Source of the DNA: an uncultured Candidatus Bathyarchaeia archaeon
GTDB lineage: Archaea > Thermoproteota > Bathyarchaeia > Bathyarchaeales > Bathycorpusculaceae
Direction of reading: 5' to 3'
Length of the DNA stretch: 51,643 bases
Assembly: GCA_964477645.1 (NCBI GenBank)
Contig: CAYZEP010000001.1
Location: 1-51,643, forward strand
A program made the translations under genes and the position numbers. The notes below the pieces were generated by a model. That model searched no databases, was not told where the DNA came from, and saw only the letters and a program-made list of their open reading frames with translations. Positions 35,196-43,540 of the stretch are shown here, in pieces. Each line of letters starts with the position of its first letter. The stretch's first letter is position 1.

Positions 35196-36092
35196 ATGTT
35201 TGTCCTTAAATACTTGCCTACAACCATAAACAATAAGGTGCGTGCCCAGTTGAAACTAGCCCCTTCCATTCTGAACTTGGATTGGTTAGAAGTGGAGACG
35301 AAGATAAAATGGTTCATTAAGGATTATGTGGAACACTCTGGAGCGAAGGGCATCGTTTTAGGATTGTCTGGCGGAATTGACAGCTGTACTGTGGCAGCGC
35401 TTTCTGCTCTAGCTATAGGCGGGGATAAGGTTTTGGGACTAATGCTGCCTGAAGAGGAAACGCAGAATGCCAAGGATATGGTGCATGCAGAACTCGTTGC
35501 CGAGAAGTTCGGATTCAAAAAAGAAACGATTAATATGACAACAACTTTGAAAACTTTCTATAATTCAATACCAATCTTTGAACCATCAGATAACATGTGC
35601 AAAGGCAACATAAAGGCACGAACACGAATGGTTTACATTTACTATTATGCTAATAAGCTCAATATGCTCGTTTGCGGAAGCTCAGACAAATCAGAAACGA
35701 TGATGGGCTACTTTACAAAATGGGGAGATGTCGCAGCAGACATATCGCCGATAATGGACTTATACAAGACACAAGTTCGAAAACTTGCACACCACATAGG
35801 TGTTCCAAATGAGGTAATAGCAAAACCATCTTCGCCTGCCCTGTGGCCAGGTCAACTCGCAGAAAAAGAACTTGGCATAAAATATGAACAACTCGACCTC
35901 ATTCTTTATGGACTTGAACATTTTATGAAGACGGAGGAAATAGCAGAACAGTTGAATGTAGAAAAGGAACTAGTGGATAAGCTAAAGCGCAGATGGCTTT
36001 CTGCAGAACACAAAAGGCGAATGTTATTAACAGCAAAGATTGAATATCGAACAATAGGGACGGATTTCAGGCTAATGCGTAACCCCTGTTAA
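35196..36092 (+). CDS. nadE: NAD+ synthetase (NadE, PP-loop ATP pyrophosphatase)
   Basis: 298 aa. PP-loop GLSGGIDS and GSSDKSETMMGYFTKWGD. Confidence 0.85.
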   Translation: MFVLKYLPTTINNKVRAQLKLAPSILNLDWLEVETKIKWFIKDYVEHSGAKGIVLGLSGGIDSCTVAALSALAIGGDKVLGLMLPEEETQNAKDMVHAELVAEKFGFKKETINMTTTLKTFYNSIPIFEPSDNMCKGNIKARTRMVYIYYYANKLNMLVCGSSDKSETMMGYFTKWGDVAADISPIMDLYKTQVRKLAHHIGVPNEVIAKPSSPALWPGQLAEKELGIKYEQLDLILYGLEHFMKTEEIAEQLNVEKELVDKLKRRWLSAEHKRRMLLTAKIEYRTIGTDFRLMRNPC

Positions 36093-36113
36093 ACTGCTAA
36101 GAGAGGATAAAAT

Positions 36114-36947
36114 ATGAAAGAGAAGTTCAAAATAGCACTCGCGCAAATAAGCTGCAAGCAGGGGGAAAAAGCAGAAAACCTGAAGAAAATTGAGAAAATC
36201 GTGACCAAAGCCAAAAAGCAAGCTGCAGAGCTTATAATCTTCCCAGAACTTTCGTTAACGGGCTACGTAGTTAGAGATCAAATCTATGAACTGGCAGAGA
36301 CAATACCAGGACCATCAACCAAAATTCTAGAGAACATAGCGAAAAAAACCAAAACCCATATCATTTTAGGCATGCCAGAGCTAAGCGGAAAAACACAAGC
36401 CACAATTTATAATGCCTCTGTTCTAGTAGGCCCAAAAGGACTCATTGGAAGATATCGAAAAATGTATCTTCCAACTCATAGCGTTTTCGAAGAAAAGAGA
36501 TACTTCCGTCCAGGATACCAAACCGCAGTATTCGACACTGAACTTGGGAAAATAGGCTTAATAATATGCTATGACGTTTTCTTCCCCGAAGTAAGTCGAC
36601 TAACACGCCTGAAAGGTGCACAATTAATAGTTTGCATCTCCGCTTCGCCTGCTGTTCGACGGATGTTTTTTGAAACATTAACCAGTGCAAGAGCAATTGA
36701 GAACGTGGCTTTCTTAGCTTTCGTGAACCTCGTAGGCATAGAGAATGGATTGCAGTTTTGGGGAGGAAGCAGACTCATTGGCCCTCAAGGGAAAATTCTT
36801 GTAAAAGCAAAATATGACGAAGAAGACTTAGTGATGGGCGAGGTCGATTATGCCGACATAAGACCTTTAGAAACATTTGTTCCTACACTGAGGGATTTGC
36901 GCCCAGAACTGTTCGACAAACTCAAGGAAAGTGCAGAAAAACTGTAA
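36114..36947 (+). CDS. carbon-nitrogen hydrolase (nitrilase superfamily)
   Basis: 277 aa. Glu-Lys-Cys triad context: IFPELSLTGY, RYRKMYLP and GLIICYD. Confidence 0.8.
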   Translation: MKEKFKIALAQISCKQGEKAENLKKIEKIVTKAKKQAAELIIFPELSLTGYVVRDQIYELAETIPGPSTKILENIAKKTKTHIILGMPELSGKTQATIYNASVLVGPKGLIGRYRKMYLPTHSVFEEKRYFRPGYQTAVFDTELGKIGLIICYDVFFPEVSRLTRLKGAQLIVCISASPAVRRMFFETLTSARAIENVAFLAFVNLVGIENGLQFWGGSRLIGPQGKILVKAKYDEEDLVMGEVDYADIRPLETFVPTLRDLRPELFDKLKESAEKL

Positions 36948-36953
36948 AGAAAC

Positions 36954-38162
36954 CTATCTGAGCTTTTCCACAGCTTTTTCTATGCGATTCAGTGCTTCTT
37001 CCAACTGCTCATATGCCGTAGCATAGGAAATTCGGATATAGCCCTCACCATAACTGCCGAAAGCGGAACCTGGAACCGTTGAAACGCGTGATTCTTTTAA
37101 AAGAAATTCGGCAAAATCTTCTGATGACATACCGAAATTTTTTATGTTTGGAAAAACGTAGAATGCACCCCTTGGAAGCGCGCAACTAAAGCCTTCAATT
37201 TCATTGAGCCTCCTACAAATCAAACGGCGTCTCCTATCAAATTCTTGCACCATGCCCTTAACAAAATCTTGTGACCCTCGTAACGCGGCCAGTGCAACAT
37301 ATTGCGCCAAGATGTCGGTGCAAGCAACAGCGTACTGGTGCACAAGCCAAAGAGGCGAAATGAGCTCCTTTGGTCCATTAACATACCCAACCCGCAAACC
37401 AGTCATTGCATAGGTTTTGGAGAAGGAATTAACAACCAATGTACGTTTCCACATTCCAGGGAAAGTTGCAAGGCAATAGTGCTTAGCGTCATCATAAATT
37501 ATCTTCTCATAAACCTCATCAGAAATCACAATCATGTCACGTTCAACAGCAATCTTCGCCAAAGCAGCAACCTCATCATAAGAAAGAACCGCACCAGTAG
37601 GGTTATTCGGATAATTGAGAATCATCACACGTGACTTGTCCGTGACAAGTGACATCACATCATCAATAGACAACTTAAACTCATTTTCTTCCAATAAGGG
37701 AATATGAACAGGAACCCCGCCAGCCAACAGAACCCCAGGCTCATAGCACACAAATCCTGGATCAGGAATTAGCACTTCATCACCTGGATTTAACAAGCCA
37801 AACAGCGCCAAGAAAATCGCCTCGGACCCCCCAACTGTTACTAATATCTCAGAGTTTGGATCGTAACTGAGACCATAATCATGGCAGGTCTTCTGTGCCA
37901 AGGCCTCTCGAAGTTCAGGAATACCATTTGTTGGAGCATAATGTGTCTTACCTTCCTTTGCTGCTTGCCAACCAGCATCCAAAGCGCGCTCCGGAGGGGT
38001 AAAATCGGGTTCGCCCACACTTAAGTTGATAGCGTCGGGTATTTCTTGGGCTAAAGAGAAAAAGCGGCGTATTCCAGAGGGTTTTATGCATTTTAAGCGT
38101 TCTGCGGGTTTAAAGCTTGAAACCAAACGATATGCCCCATCATGCATTGCGTCACTTAGCAT
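36954..38162 (-). CDS. class I/II PLP-dependent aminotransferase (aspartate aminotransferase-like)
   Basis: 402 aa. NPNNPTG-type motif (NYPNNPTGAV), the PLP lysine in SFSKTYAMTGLRVGY, and a C-terminal RISYA. Confidence 0.8.
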   Translation of the reverse strand: MLSDAMHDGAYRLVSSFKPAERLKCIKPSGIRRFFSLAQEIPDAINLSVGEPDFTPPERALDAGWQAAKEGKTHYAPTNGIPELREALAQKTCHDYGLSYDPNSEILVTVGGSEAIFLALFGLLNPGDEVLIPDPGFVCYEPGVLLAGGVPVHIPLLEENEFKLSIDDVMSLVTDKSRVMILNYPNNPTGAVLSYDEVAALAKIAVERDMIVISDEVYEKIIYDDAKHYCLATFPGMWKRTLVVNSFSKTYAMTGLRVGYVNGPKELISPLWLVHQYAVACTDILAQYVALAALRGSQDFVKGMVQEFDRRRRLICRRLNEIEGFSCALPRGAFYVFPNIKNFGMSSEDFAEFLLKESRVSTVPGSAFGSYGEGYIRISYATAYEQLEEALNRIEKAVEKLR

Positions 38163-38197
38163 AAAAATGTTTATGTTAAGAGATCAGCTAAGTTAAC

Positions 38198-38755
38198 ATG
38201 AAAACTCAGATAATCTTAAAAGACTGGCCAGTATACAAAACTGTATCCATTAGAGATGACCAGTGGAGAGGAAGTTTGAAACTAAAAGAGAACATCCAAT
38301 TGTGGCTAATGGGCTCCATAAATGACCCGATTGCAAAAATACTCGCAAAAAATAGTCATTTGACGAAAACACAGCTCGAAACATTACTCATTGACATTTT
38401 ATCTGAAAATGTCGCAGGCAAATCGTTAAAATACGATGAAAAAGCCAAATTACGGCTAACAAAGGCAAAAATAAGCCGCGGCGCCTTTAATAGGACTCTA
38501 AAACAAGCAAAAGAGAACGTTGTAAAGGCAATTTACACAGTGCTACTTTTAGGGTACTTAGGAGTCTTCGAAAGTACAACACTAGACCCCTATCTCGAAA
38601 TAGCAAACAAATTACAAGAGTATGTAGAAGCATACAAAAAAATACCCGACAAAAGCGAAGAATTAAATGACCATCTAAAAGTCATAGAAATGATAAAAGA
38701 AGAGCTTGAATCAAGCCTAAAACAGCTTTCCAATCCATCAGAAAGCATTGTGTGA
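38198..38755 (+). CDS. hypothetical protein, possible HTH (sigma region 4/Tfx-like segment)
   Basis: 185 aa. KISRGAFNRTLKQAKENVVKAIYTVLLL loosely resembles the recognition helix and following helix of Tfx/LuxR-type HTH proteins. No firm family assignment. Confidence 0.4.
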   Translation: MKTQIILKDWPVYKTVSIRDDQWRGSLKLKENIQLWLMGSINDPIAKILAKNSHLTKTQLETLLIDILSENVAGKSLKYDEKAKLRLTKAKISRGAFNRTLKQAKENVVKAIYTVLLLGYLGVFESTTLDPYLEIANKLQEYVEAYKKIPDKSEELNDHLKVIEMIKEELESSLKQLSNPSESIV

Positions 38756-39040
38756 CGTCACAAATCACACTAGAAAGCGACTGGTAACTTCGGAAGAAAG
38801 CGCGTGTGAGATAACAGAATAGAGAAAAACACTGAAAATCCAAAAATAGCCTAAAAATGAAGCGTTCACATAGGGCACGAATATGGGCGCTGAATAGAGT
38901 GCAGTTTTTTAGAACTGTGATTTGTGATGTCATGGGATTTCTAAAATATGTTAGATACCATAATCTTTAAATCCTTCACGATTAGACTGTGATTTGTGAT
39001 GTAACGTGTTTGAATCACATGTGCTCACATGTAAATCACA
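38751..39040. promoter_or_regulatory. cluster of TGTGAT/ATCACA half-sites, including a 12-nt palindrome and two 17-nt direct repeats (putative operator array)
   Basis: tgtgacgtcaca is a perfect palindrome at 38751-38762. atcaca occurs at 38764-38769, 39014-39019 and 39035-39040. actgtgatttgtgatgt is identical at 38914-38930 and 38986-39002, 72 bp apart, and each copy holds two tgtgat units. Confidence 0.6.
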
Positions 39041-39045
39041 GAGGG

Positions 39046-39765
39046 GTGTATGTGACTGACATTTTGCTGGTTCTTGTGGGTGTTTTGCTTGCCATGACTG
39101 TTGGTGCTGCGATTGAATACTATAAGCAAGTTTGTAAGGTTCGAAGGGAATATGAGAAGGCAAAGGAAGCAGTGGAAGATGTAGTTTTGAGTTTTAACAG
39201 GCAATTTAGGCGTGAGTCTGAGAAGCTTGAGTTTTTTGCATACAAGACTGAGGCAATTGCTTCGAAGAGCGATGGAGCTATGGGTAAAATAGGGGAAACT
39301 GAGAAAAGAGTGCAGCTTCTAGAAGCCAAAATAGGTGCTGCTGTAGAAGATAGAGGGATGATGTCAGCAAGGTTAGATGAAATCGATAATAAGATACGTG
39401 ATACTGTTGCATCACAGGAAACATTAGCTACCAAAGTTTCGAGCATAGAAGAACAAGCCCGACAGTTTTCGATCGTTCCTGAGGCAAGAGTTGAGGCGGT
39501 GATTCCCATAAAAAGGGAAAAGGCTTTGGCGCCGTTGACTGAAACTGAAGTGTCTGTGCTGGAGATGTTGGCTTCGGAAGGCTCTAAGACAGCGCCTGAG
39601 ATTAAGGAAAGAATCAAGCTCAGCCGGGAACATACAGCAAGGTTGATGAAGAAACTTTACGAAGAGGGTTATTTGGAAAGAGATACTGGCAAGATTCCGT
39701 TTAAGTATAGTGTTAAGAAAGAGATGGAAAAAATTTTGAGAAAAACAGAAAGCAAAGCAGCATAG
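39046..39765 (+). CDS. membrane-anchored coiled-coil protein with a C-terminal MarR-like winged helix
   Basis: The N-terminal TM helix ILLVLVGVLLAMTVGAAI is followed by about 130 aa of heptad-like charged sequence. The C-terminus then reads LTETEVSVLEMLASEGSKTAPEIKERIKLSREHTARLMKKLYEEGYLERD. A GTG at 39046 preceded by GAGGGG was chosen over the track start 38989, which lies inside the repeat array. Confidence 0.6.
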   Translation: MYVTDILLVLVGVLLAMTVGAAIEYYKQVCKVRREYEKAKEAVEDVVLSFNRQFRRESEKLEFFAYKTEAIASKSDGAMGKIGETEKRVQLLEAKIGAAVEDRGMMSARLDEIDNKIRDTVASQETLATKVSSIEEQARQFSIVPEARVEAVIPIKREKALAPLTETEVSVLEMLASEGSKTAPEIKERIKLSREHTARLMKKLYEEGYLERDTGKIPFKYSVKKEMEKILRKTESKAA

Positions 39766-39769
39766 TATA

Positions 39770-41350
39770 TTATAAGGAAGCAGATTCTTGCTGGCTCAGC
39801 TGTTTGAGGCGCTTCTCCATCTCTGAAAGCTGCTGCGATTCTGAAAGCCCATAGTCGCCTTTTCCCCTTTTATCCAAATATTCTGGGTAATGTACGACTT
39901 TTACGGGTACAGCAAACCTAATTTTTGGTTCAGATATAAGCAGAGCCTCGCCAACATCGAGCATCTTTATTTCCGTGTCACTGTACTCAAGATAAGGCGT
40001 ATTTTCGGTTAAGTATGCCCTGTCTTTTCGCAGCTCTGTCTTCATAATGACTTTTGTCCACAATTCAGCAAAAACATCAAAATTAATCCTCGAAGGCCTC
40101 GGTGTTACTGCATTCAGCCCGACTCTATATTTGCGATACGTTAGGGCGATGTCAGAAAAGATAGTTCTCGGCTTATTTGGGTCAAGGAATTCATGCGCCT
40201 CTTCAAGTGTTATGAGAAGCGTCGGCAGTTTCTGCCATTCTCCATAATTTTCTTCCCACATGCGCTTATAATGTTCAGCCACGGCGGAAGCCGATAGACA
40301 AACAATTCTGTTTTGATCTTCAGAACGAAGCCCAGAAATGTCGACCAGACAAGTTATCCCTTTGCATACATTTTGTATAATGCTATCAACAAAAGTGTAA
40401 TTGGAGGCAGGAAAAAGGTCACGGGACAACGATGACAATTTTTGCATGAGAGCCTCAACAGCAGTCTTGTGTGCACGCACGCCGACATGCCCTTCCGTTC
40501 CATAGGTTTGTCGCGCTTTTTCTATCCATTCTTTACCCAACTGTTTGTAAAGAGTCCAAGCAAGCCGTTTCTGAGGAGCTTGCACATCTGAAAAAAGTGT
40601 GTCGAGTTTTGCTGGAGTTATCGTATATAAGCCCATCGCCATCTTTCCATCTCTTGCAGAATAATATTGAACCCTGCTGTGAAAAAATGGATGGTCTCTC
40701 AAGCCTTTTTGTGGCTTAATTTCCTTTCCTTCTAAGAGCTGCCCGGCAAAGTCAAAAATGAGAGCCACAGTTTTAGGGCTGTTGTCGATGATCTGGGCAT
40801 TTAGGATTAACTCAGTGTTTGTTTTCCCCGAGCCAGTCATGCCAAACATGCCCATCATTCGCGGCATGGCTTCAATGTTTATGCCAACCGATCCCAACAT
40901 CTGATCCCCTGTGCGGAGATGCCCGACTTCAAGCTCTCCTGATAGTTTGAGAACCGCGCAGTCTTCTTCGCTAGCATTGTAAACTTTGTCTCTGTAGTTT
41001 GGATTGAACGTCGGAGAATGCACCTTGTCAGATTTCTTCTCCAGAAAGAGGATAGCATCGATGCTTCTGTAGGCTGAGTAGGGACCGAAGGCTTCCTTGC
41101 CTTCTGCTTCTCGCAGTTGCTCAATTGTGTCAAGTGTAGAGCTACTCTCGGCGTTAACAACCCTGGCATAGAAACTCCTTTCACTCGAGTCTATTCGGAC
41201 AATTTGTCCAAATGAAAGAGCGACCCCCTTATTAACAAAGAAGGAGATGGAGTCTCCCTTCGTTCCGCACACAAATCCTATAGACTCAGAATTGTTCACC
41301 CCACCACTCCCACTCAAATGCATGTTTAATCCCATGAAGCTCATCGGCAA
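39770..41350 (-). CDS. herA: HerA-like FtsK/HerA-superfamily ATPase (DUF87 type)
   Basis: 526 aa. A HAS-barrel-like N-terminus (IGFVCGTKGDSISFFV...GQIVRI), Walker A FGMTGSGKTNT, Walker B LLITLEEAHEFL, and TPRPSRI (compare TQRPS). Start is ambiguous: TTG 41350, ATG 41344, or GTG 41299, which would overlap the nurA stop by 14 nt. Confidence 0.75.
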   Translation of the reverse strand: MPMSFMGLNMHLSGSGGVNNSESIGFVCGTKGDSISFFVNKGVALSFGQIVRIDSSERSFYARVVNAESSSTLDTIEQLREAEGKEAFGPYSAYRSIDAILFLEKKSDKVHSPTFNPNYRDKVYNASEEDCAVLKLSGELEVGHLRTGDQMLGSVGINIEAMPRMMGMFGMTGSGKTNTELILNAQIIDNSPKTVALIFDFAGQLLEGKEIKPQKGLRDHPFFHSRVQYYSARDGKMAMGLYTITPAKLDTLFSDVQAPQKRLAWTLYKQLGKEWIEKARQTYGTEGHVGVRAHKTAVEALMQKLSSLSRDLFPASNYTFVDSIIQNVCKGITCLVDISGLRSEDQNRIVCLSASAVAEHYKRMWEENYGEWQKLPTLLITLEEAHEFLDPNKPRTIFSDIALTYRKYRVGLNAVTPRPSRINFDVFAELWTKVIMKTELRKDRAYLTENTPYLEYSDTEIKMLDVGEALLISEPKIRFAVPVKVVHYPEYLDKRGKGDYGLSESQQLSEMEKRLKQLSQQESASL

Positions 41351-42311
41351 AACTACAAGAGATCTCTTCCCTGTGCAGAACTTCTAGCAAACCAGCGTTG
41401 CGCAGTGCTTCCTCAACTTGGTCGTAGTAAGAAAGAAGCATGGCGTCAGAGGGTGCAGAAAACTCGTGGGCTAGCCAAAGAGATATAGGGTAGCCAATAC
41501 ACCTCGGATCCTCGGATACGCAGGTTAAAGGAGAAAGCAGTTCACTGATTTCTTGATTAGCTAAATACTCCATTATGTCACAGCGAAAGACACGGGGGCT
41601 CTCTCCACATAATTTTATGACCGAGATATCCCCGTAAAGGCTTTTGTCTTTGTCAGCTTTTCTCACAGGATGGTAAACCCAAAAATCGTAGGGTGACATT
41701 GCATATACAGCAGCTACAAAATCTCTTCCCTTTTCATCATGTAATGAGGGCGAATTTTTGCTGATAGCAAGAAGGGTTATTTCGTCTCTTTCACACTTTT
41801 CGTAAAGTGAAACTCGGAACTTCCTTTCCCCACCGAAATATCCGCCACCATCAAGTAAAAGGTACATACTACGACCATACGTATGGTCGTAGTAATTGCC
41901 GCTTTTACCTTGAAGAATATCTAATCCCATCTGACTTTCCAGTTCAATTCTTACATCTTTGAGAAAGTTGCTACGAGTAATTGCGTCTCCAACCACAGTG
42001 CATACTCTTTCCCTGTAGTTCCAACCAACATCACGCTCTTTAACTATGGCATATGCCGCCCGCATAAGGTAGATCCCCCAGTTGTTTGCCCTTTTGAGTG
42101 TTCTCGTCGAGCAGTCAACAGCAACAAAACTTCCAGAGAACCTAGCAAATTTCTTTAAAGGTTTAATCAAAAACGCATTCGGTTTGGCAGTAATCACTGG
42201 CTCTTCCTTCACTTCAACCGCACCTGTAACTCTCCCTTTATCTACGTAAATCTTAAGTTTCTTCTCCATTTCAGTGAAGTCTGCCTTAACATTTTCGTTC
42301 ACTTGCATCAC
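41286..42311 (-). CDS. nurA: NurA-like nuclease (RNase H-like fold)
   Basis: 341 aa. FVAVDCSTR, YLLLDGGGY, LLAISKNS and CIGYPISLWLAHEFS follow the order of the NurA catalytic motifs (D, D, K.S, YP..L..AH/D). GGGGGTGAAGGG lies upstream of the GTG-ATG start. Confidence 0.6.
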   Translation of the reverse strand: MMQVNENVKADFTEMEKKLKIYVDKGRVTGAVEVKEEPVITAKPNAFLIKPLKKFARFSGSFVAVDCSTRTLKRANNWGIYLMRAAYAIVKERDVGWNYRERVCTVVGDAITRSNFLKDVRIELESQMGLDILQGKSGNYYDHTYGRSMYLLLDGGGYFGGERKFRVSLYEKCERDEITLLAISKNSPSLHDEKGRDFVAAVYAMSPYDFWVYHPVRKADKDKSLYGDISVIKLCGESPRVFRCDIMEYLANQEISELLSPLTCVSEDPRCIGYPISLWLAHEFSAPSDAMLLSYYDQVEEALRNAGLLEVLHREEISCSFADELHGIKHAFEWEWWGEQF

Positions 42312-42453
42312 CCTTCACCCCCATCACCCGTAAAGTAAAAATCCTTTACTTGCAAAGTTGCTGCACTTTGCTTATTATCTTTTGTTATATTCGCTACCAT
42401 TAAAGGAGTTTTATTTGAGTATGCTCTTAAACAAAATTTGGCAAGTAATCTGT

Positions 42454-42885
42454 TTATGGTATTTGCTGTTTAAGTGTGGCTTGCGAAAAACTTGGAGCCG
42501 CTTTATACTTCAAACGATTAGAAGCCCCTGTCTTAACAAGTATTCCCTTGCTCGCCATCCTAGAAAGATATGTCGCCACTGTGCTTAGGCCTATTGGTTC
42601 TTTAAGTTCCCGCTCATAAACCGATTGAACTTCCCTAGAAGAAAACCAAACAATCGGAAAATGCTTCTGAACGACCGTTCGCACCTTGTCAAATTTAGAC
42701 AACTCATTGCCTACACCTGCAACATTGACTCCGGGGTTGCCCCCGCCACTTGGCATTCCACCTAGCAACTCCACCAAGTCCAAAAGGCGAAGAGCCTTTT
42801 CTCTAGTTATTTGCCCTTCAAAGGCCACAGTGTATTTATTTCCTTCTCCATCGAACAGTTCAACACGCATTTTTCTAGTCGGCAT
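42454..42885 (-). CDS. winged-helix DNA-binding protein (hypothetical)
   Basis: 143 aa. A small N-terminal beta-rich domain and a Gly/Pro linker precede FSSREVQSVYERELKEPIGLSTVATYLSRMASKGILVK (HTH plus wing). It is on the same strand as nurA-herA, with a 142-nt spacer. Confidence 0.5.
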   Translation of the reverse strand: MPTRKMRVELFDGEGNKYTVAFEGQITREKALRLLDLVELLGGMPSGGGNPGVNVAGVGNELSKFDKVRTVVQKHFPIVWFSSREVQSVYERELKEPIGLSTVATYLSRMASKGILVKTGASNRLKYKAAPSFSQATLKQQIP

Positions 42886-42942
42886 CTGCAGTATGCACCT
42901 GAGGCATGTTCACAATTTTACAGTTTACAAGTTATAGGTGTT

Positions 42943-43299
42943 ATGGTGAAAACAAAGAAAGGAAAAAGCTGTAAAAGGAACAGAAAATCAGAAAGAACCA
43001 AAAACTCCAACGCTTTCGTTATTACAGACTTCACAGCTTCTTTAAACCAAAAAACAGAACAAGCCAAGCGACAAACATATATCTCCAGTAGAAGAGAAGG
43101 GGTGGCTTCTTCACACAAAAGAGACAAGAAAGAGTCAATAAAAGCAAGAGAAAACGCCAAAAAGCAACATTATAAAGTGAACTTCACAACATTTTTACAA
43201 AAAGTGAATAAAGTTAAGAAAAAACTTCTCGATTTACCCAATCCTTCAAGTTTTTCTAAAAAAGCTAAATTCAAAGGAAGGAAAAAAGGAGCAAAATAA
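42943..43299 (+). CDS. possible highly basic Lys/Arg-rich protein (may be non-coding A-rich origin-flanking DNA)
   Basis: An internal ATG of track ORF 42811..43299 gives MVKTKKGKSCKRNRKSERTK...KKAKFKGRKKGAK (118 aa). The + strand here is strongly A-rich, which by itself keeps frames open. Confidence 0.25.
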   Translation: MVKTKKGKSCKRNRKSERTKNSNAFVITDFTASLNQKTEQAKRQTYISSRREGVASSHKRDKKESIKARENAKKQHYKVNFTTFLQKVNKVKKKLLDLPNPSSFSKKAKFKGRKKGAK

Positions 43300-43333
43300 G
43301 CCAGAGGAAATTGTGACGCAATATTAAAAGGAA

Positions 43334-43360
43334 GTGACACCCCTCTGTTTCCATTGGAAA
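43334..43360 (+). promoter_or_regulatory. origin recognition box ORB1
   Basis: gtgACACCCCtctGTTTCCatTGGAAA combines the dyad TTCC..TGGAAA with a C/G string, as in archaeal ORB elements. It matches 20 of 27 positions with the reverse complement of 43514-43540. Confidence 0.8.
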
Positions 43361-43513
43361 ATAAAACTAAAGCAGTATTAACTATTTCTTACTTTTTCTC
43401 TTAAAGTCTAAAATTTTAAAGAAGAATTATTATTAACCTTTTTCCATTCCTTACCTTTCAGAGTATATTTCTCTTCTAAAGAAATCTAAATTATCTTTTA
43501 AAGTTAAAACAGA
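43361..43513. other. AT-rich duplex unwinding element of oriC
   Basis: A 153-bp stretch between the inverted ORBs, dominated by A/T runs (taaaattttaaagaagaattattattaa, ctaaattatcttttaaagttaaaa). Confidence 0.7.
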
Positions 43514-43540
43514 TTTCCACAGGAAACTTTGGGGTGTGCC
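43514..43540 (-). promoter_or_regulatory. origin recognition box ORB2 (inverted relative to ORB1)
   Basis: + strand TTTCCACAGGAAACTTTGGGGTGTGCC is a TTCCACAGGAAAC dyad followed by a GGGGT string, close to the ORB consensus remembered from Pyrococcus and Sulfolobus origins. Confidence 0.8.
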
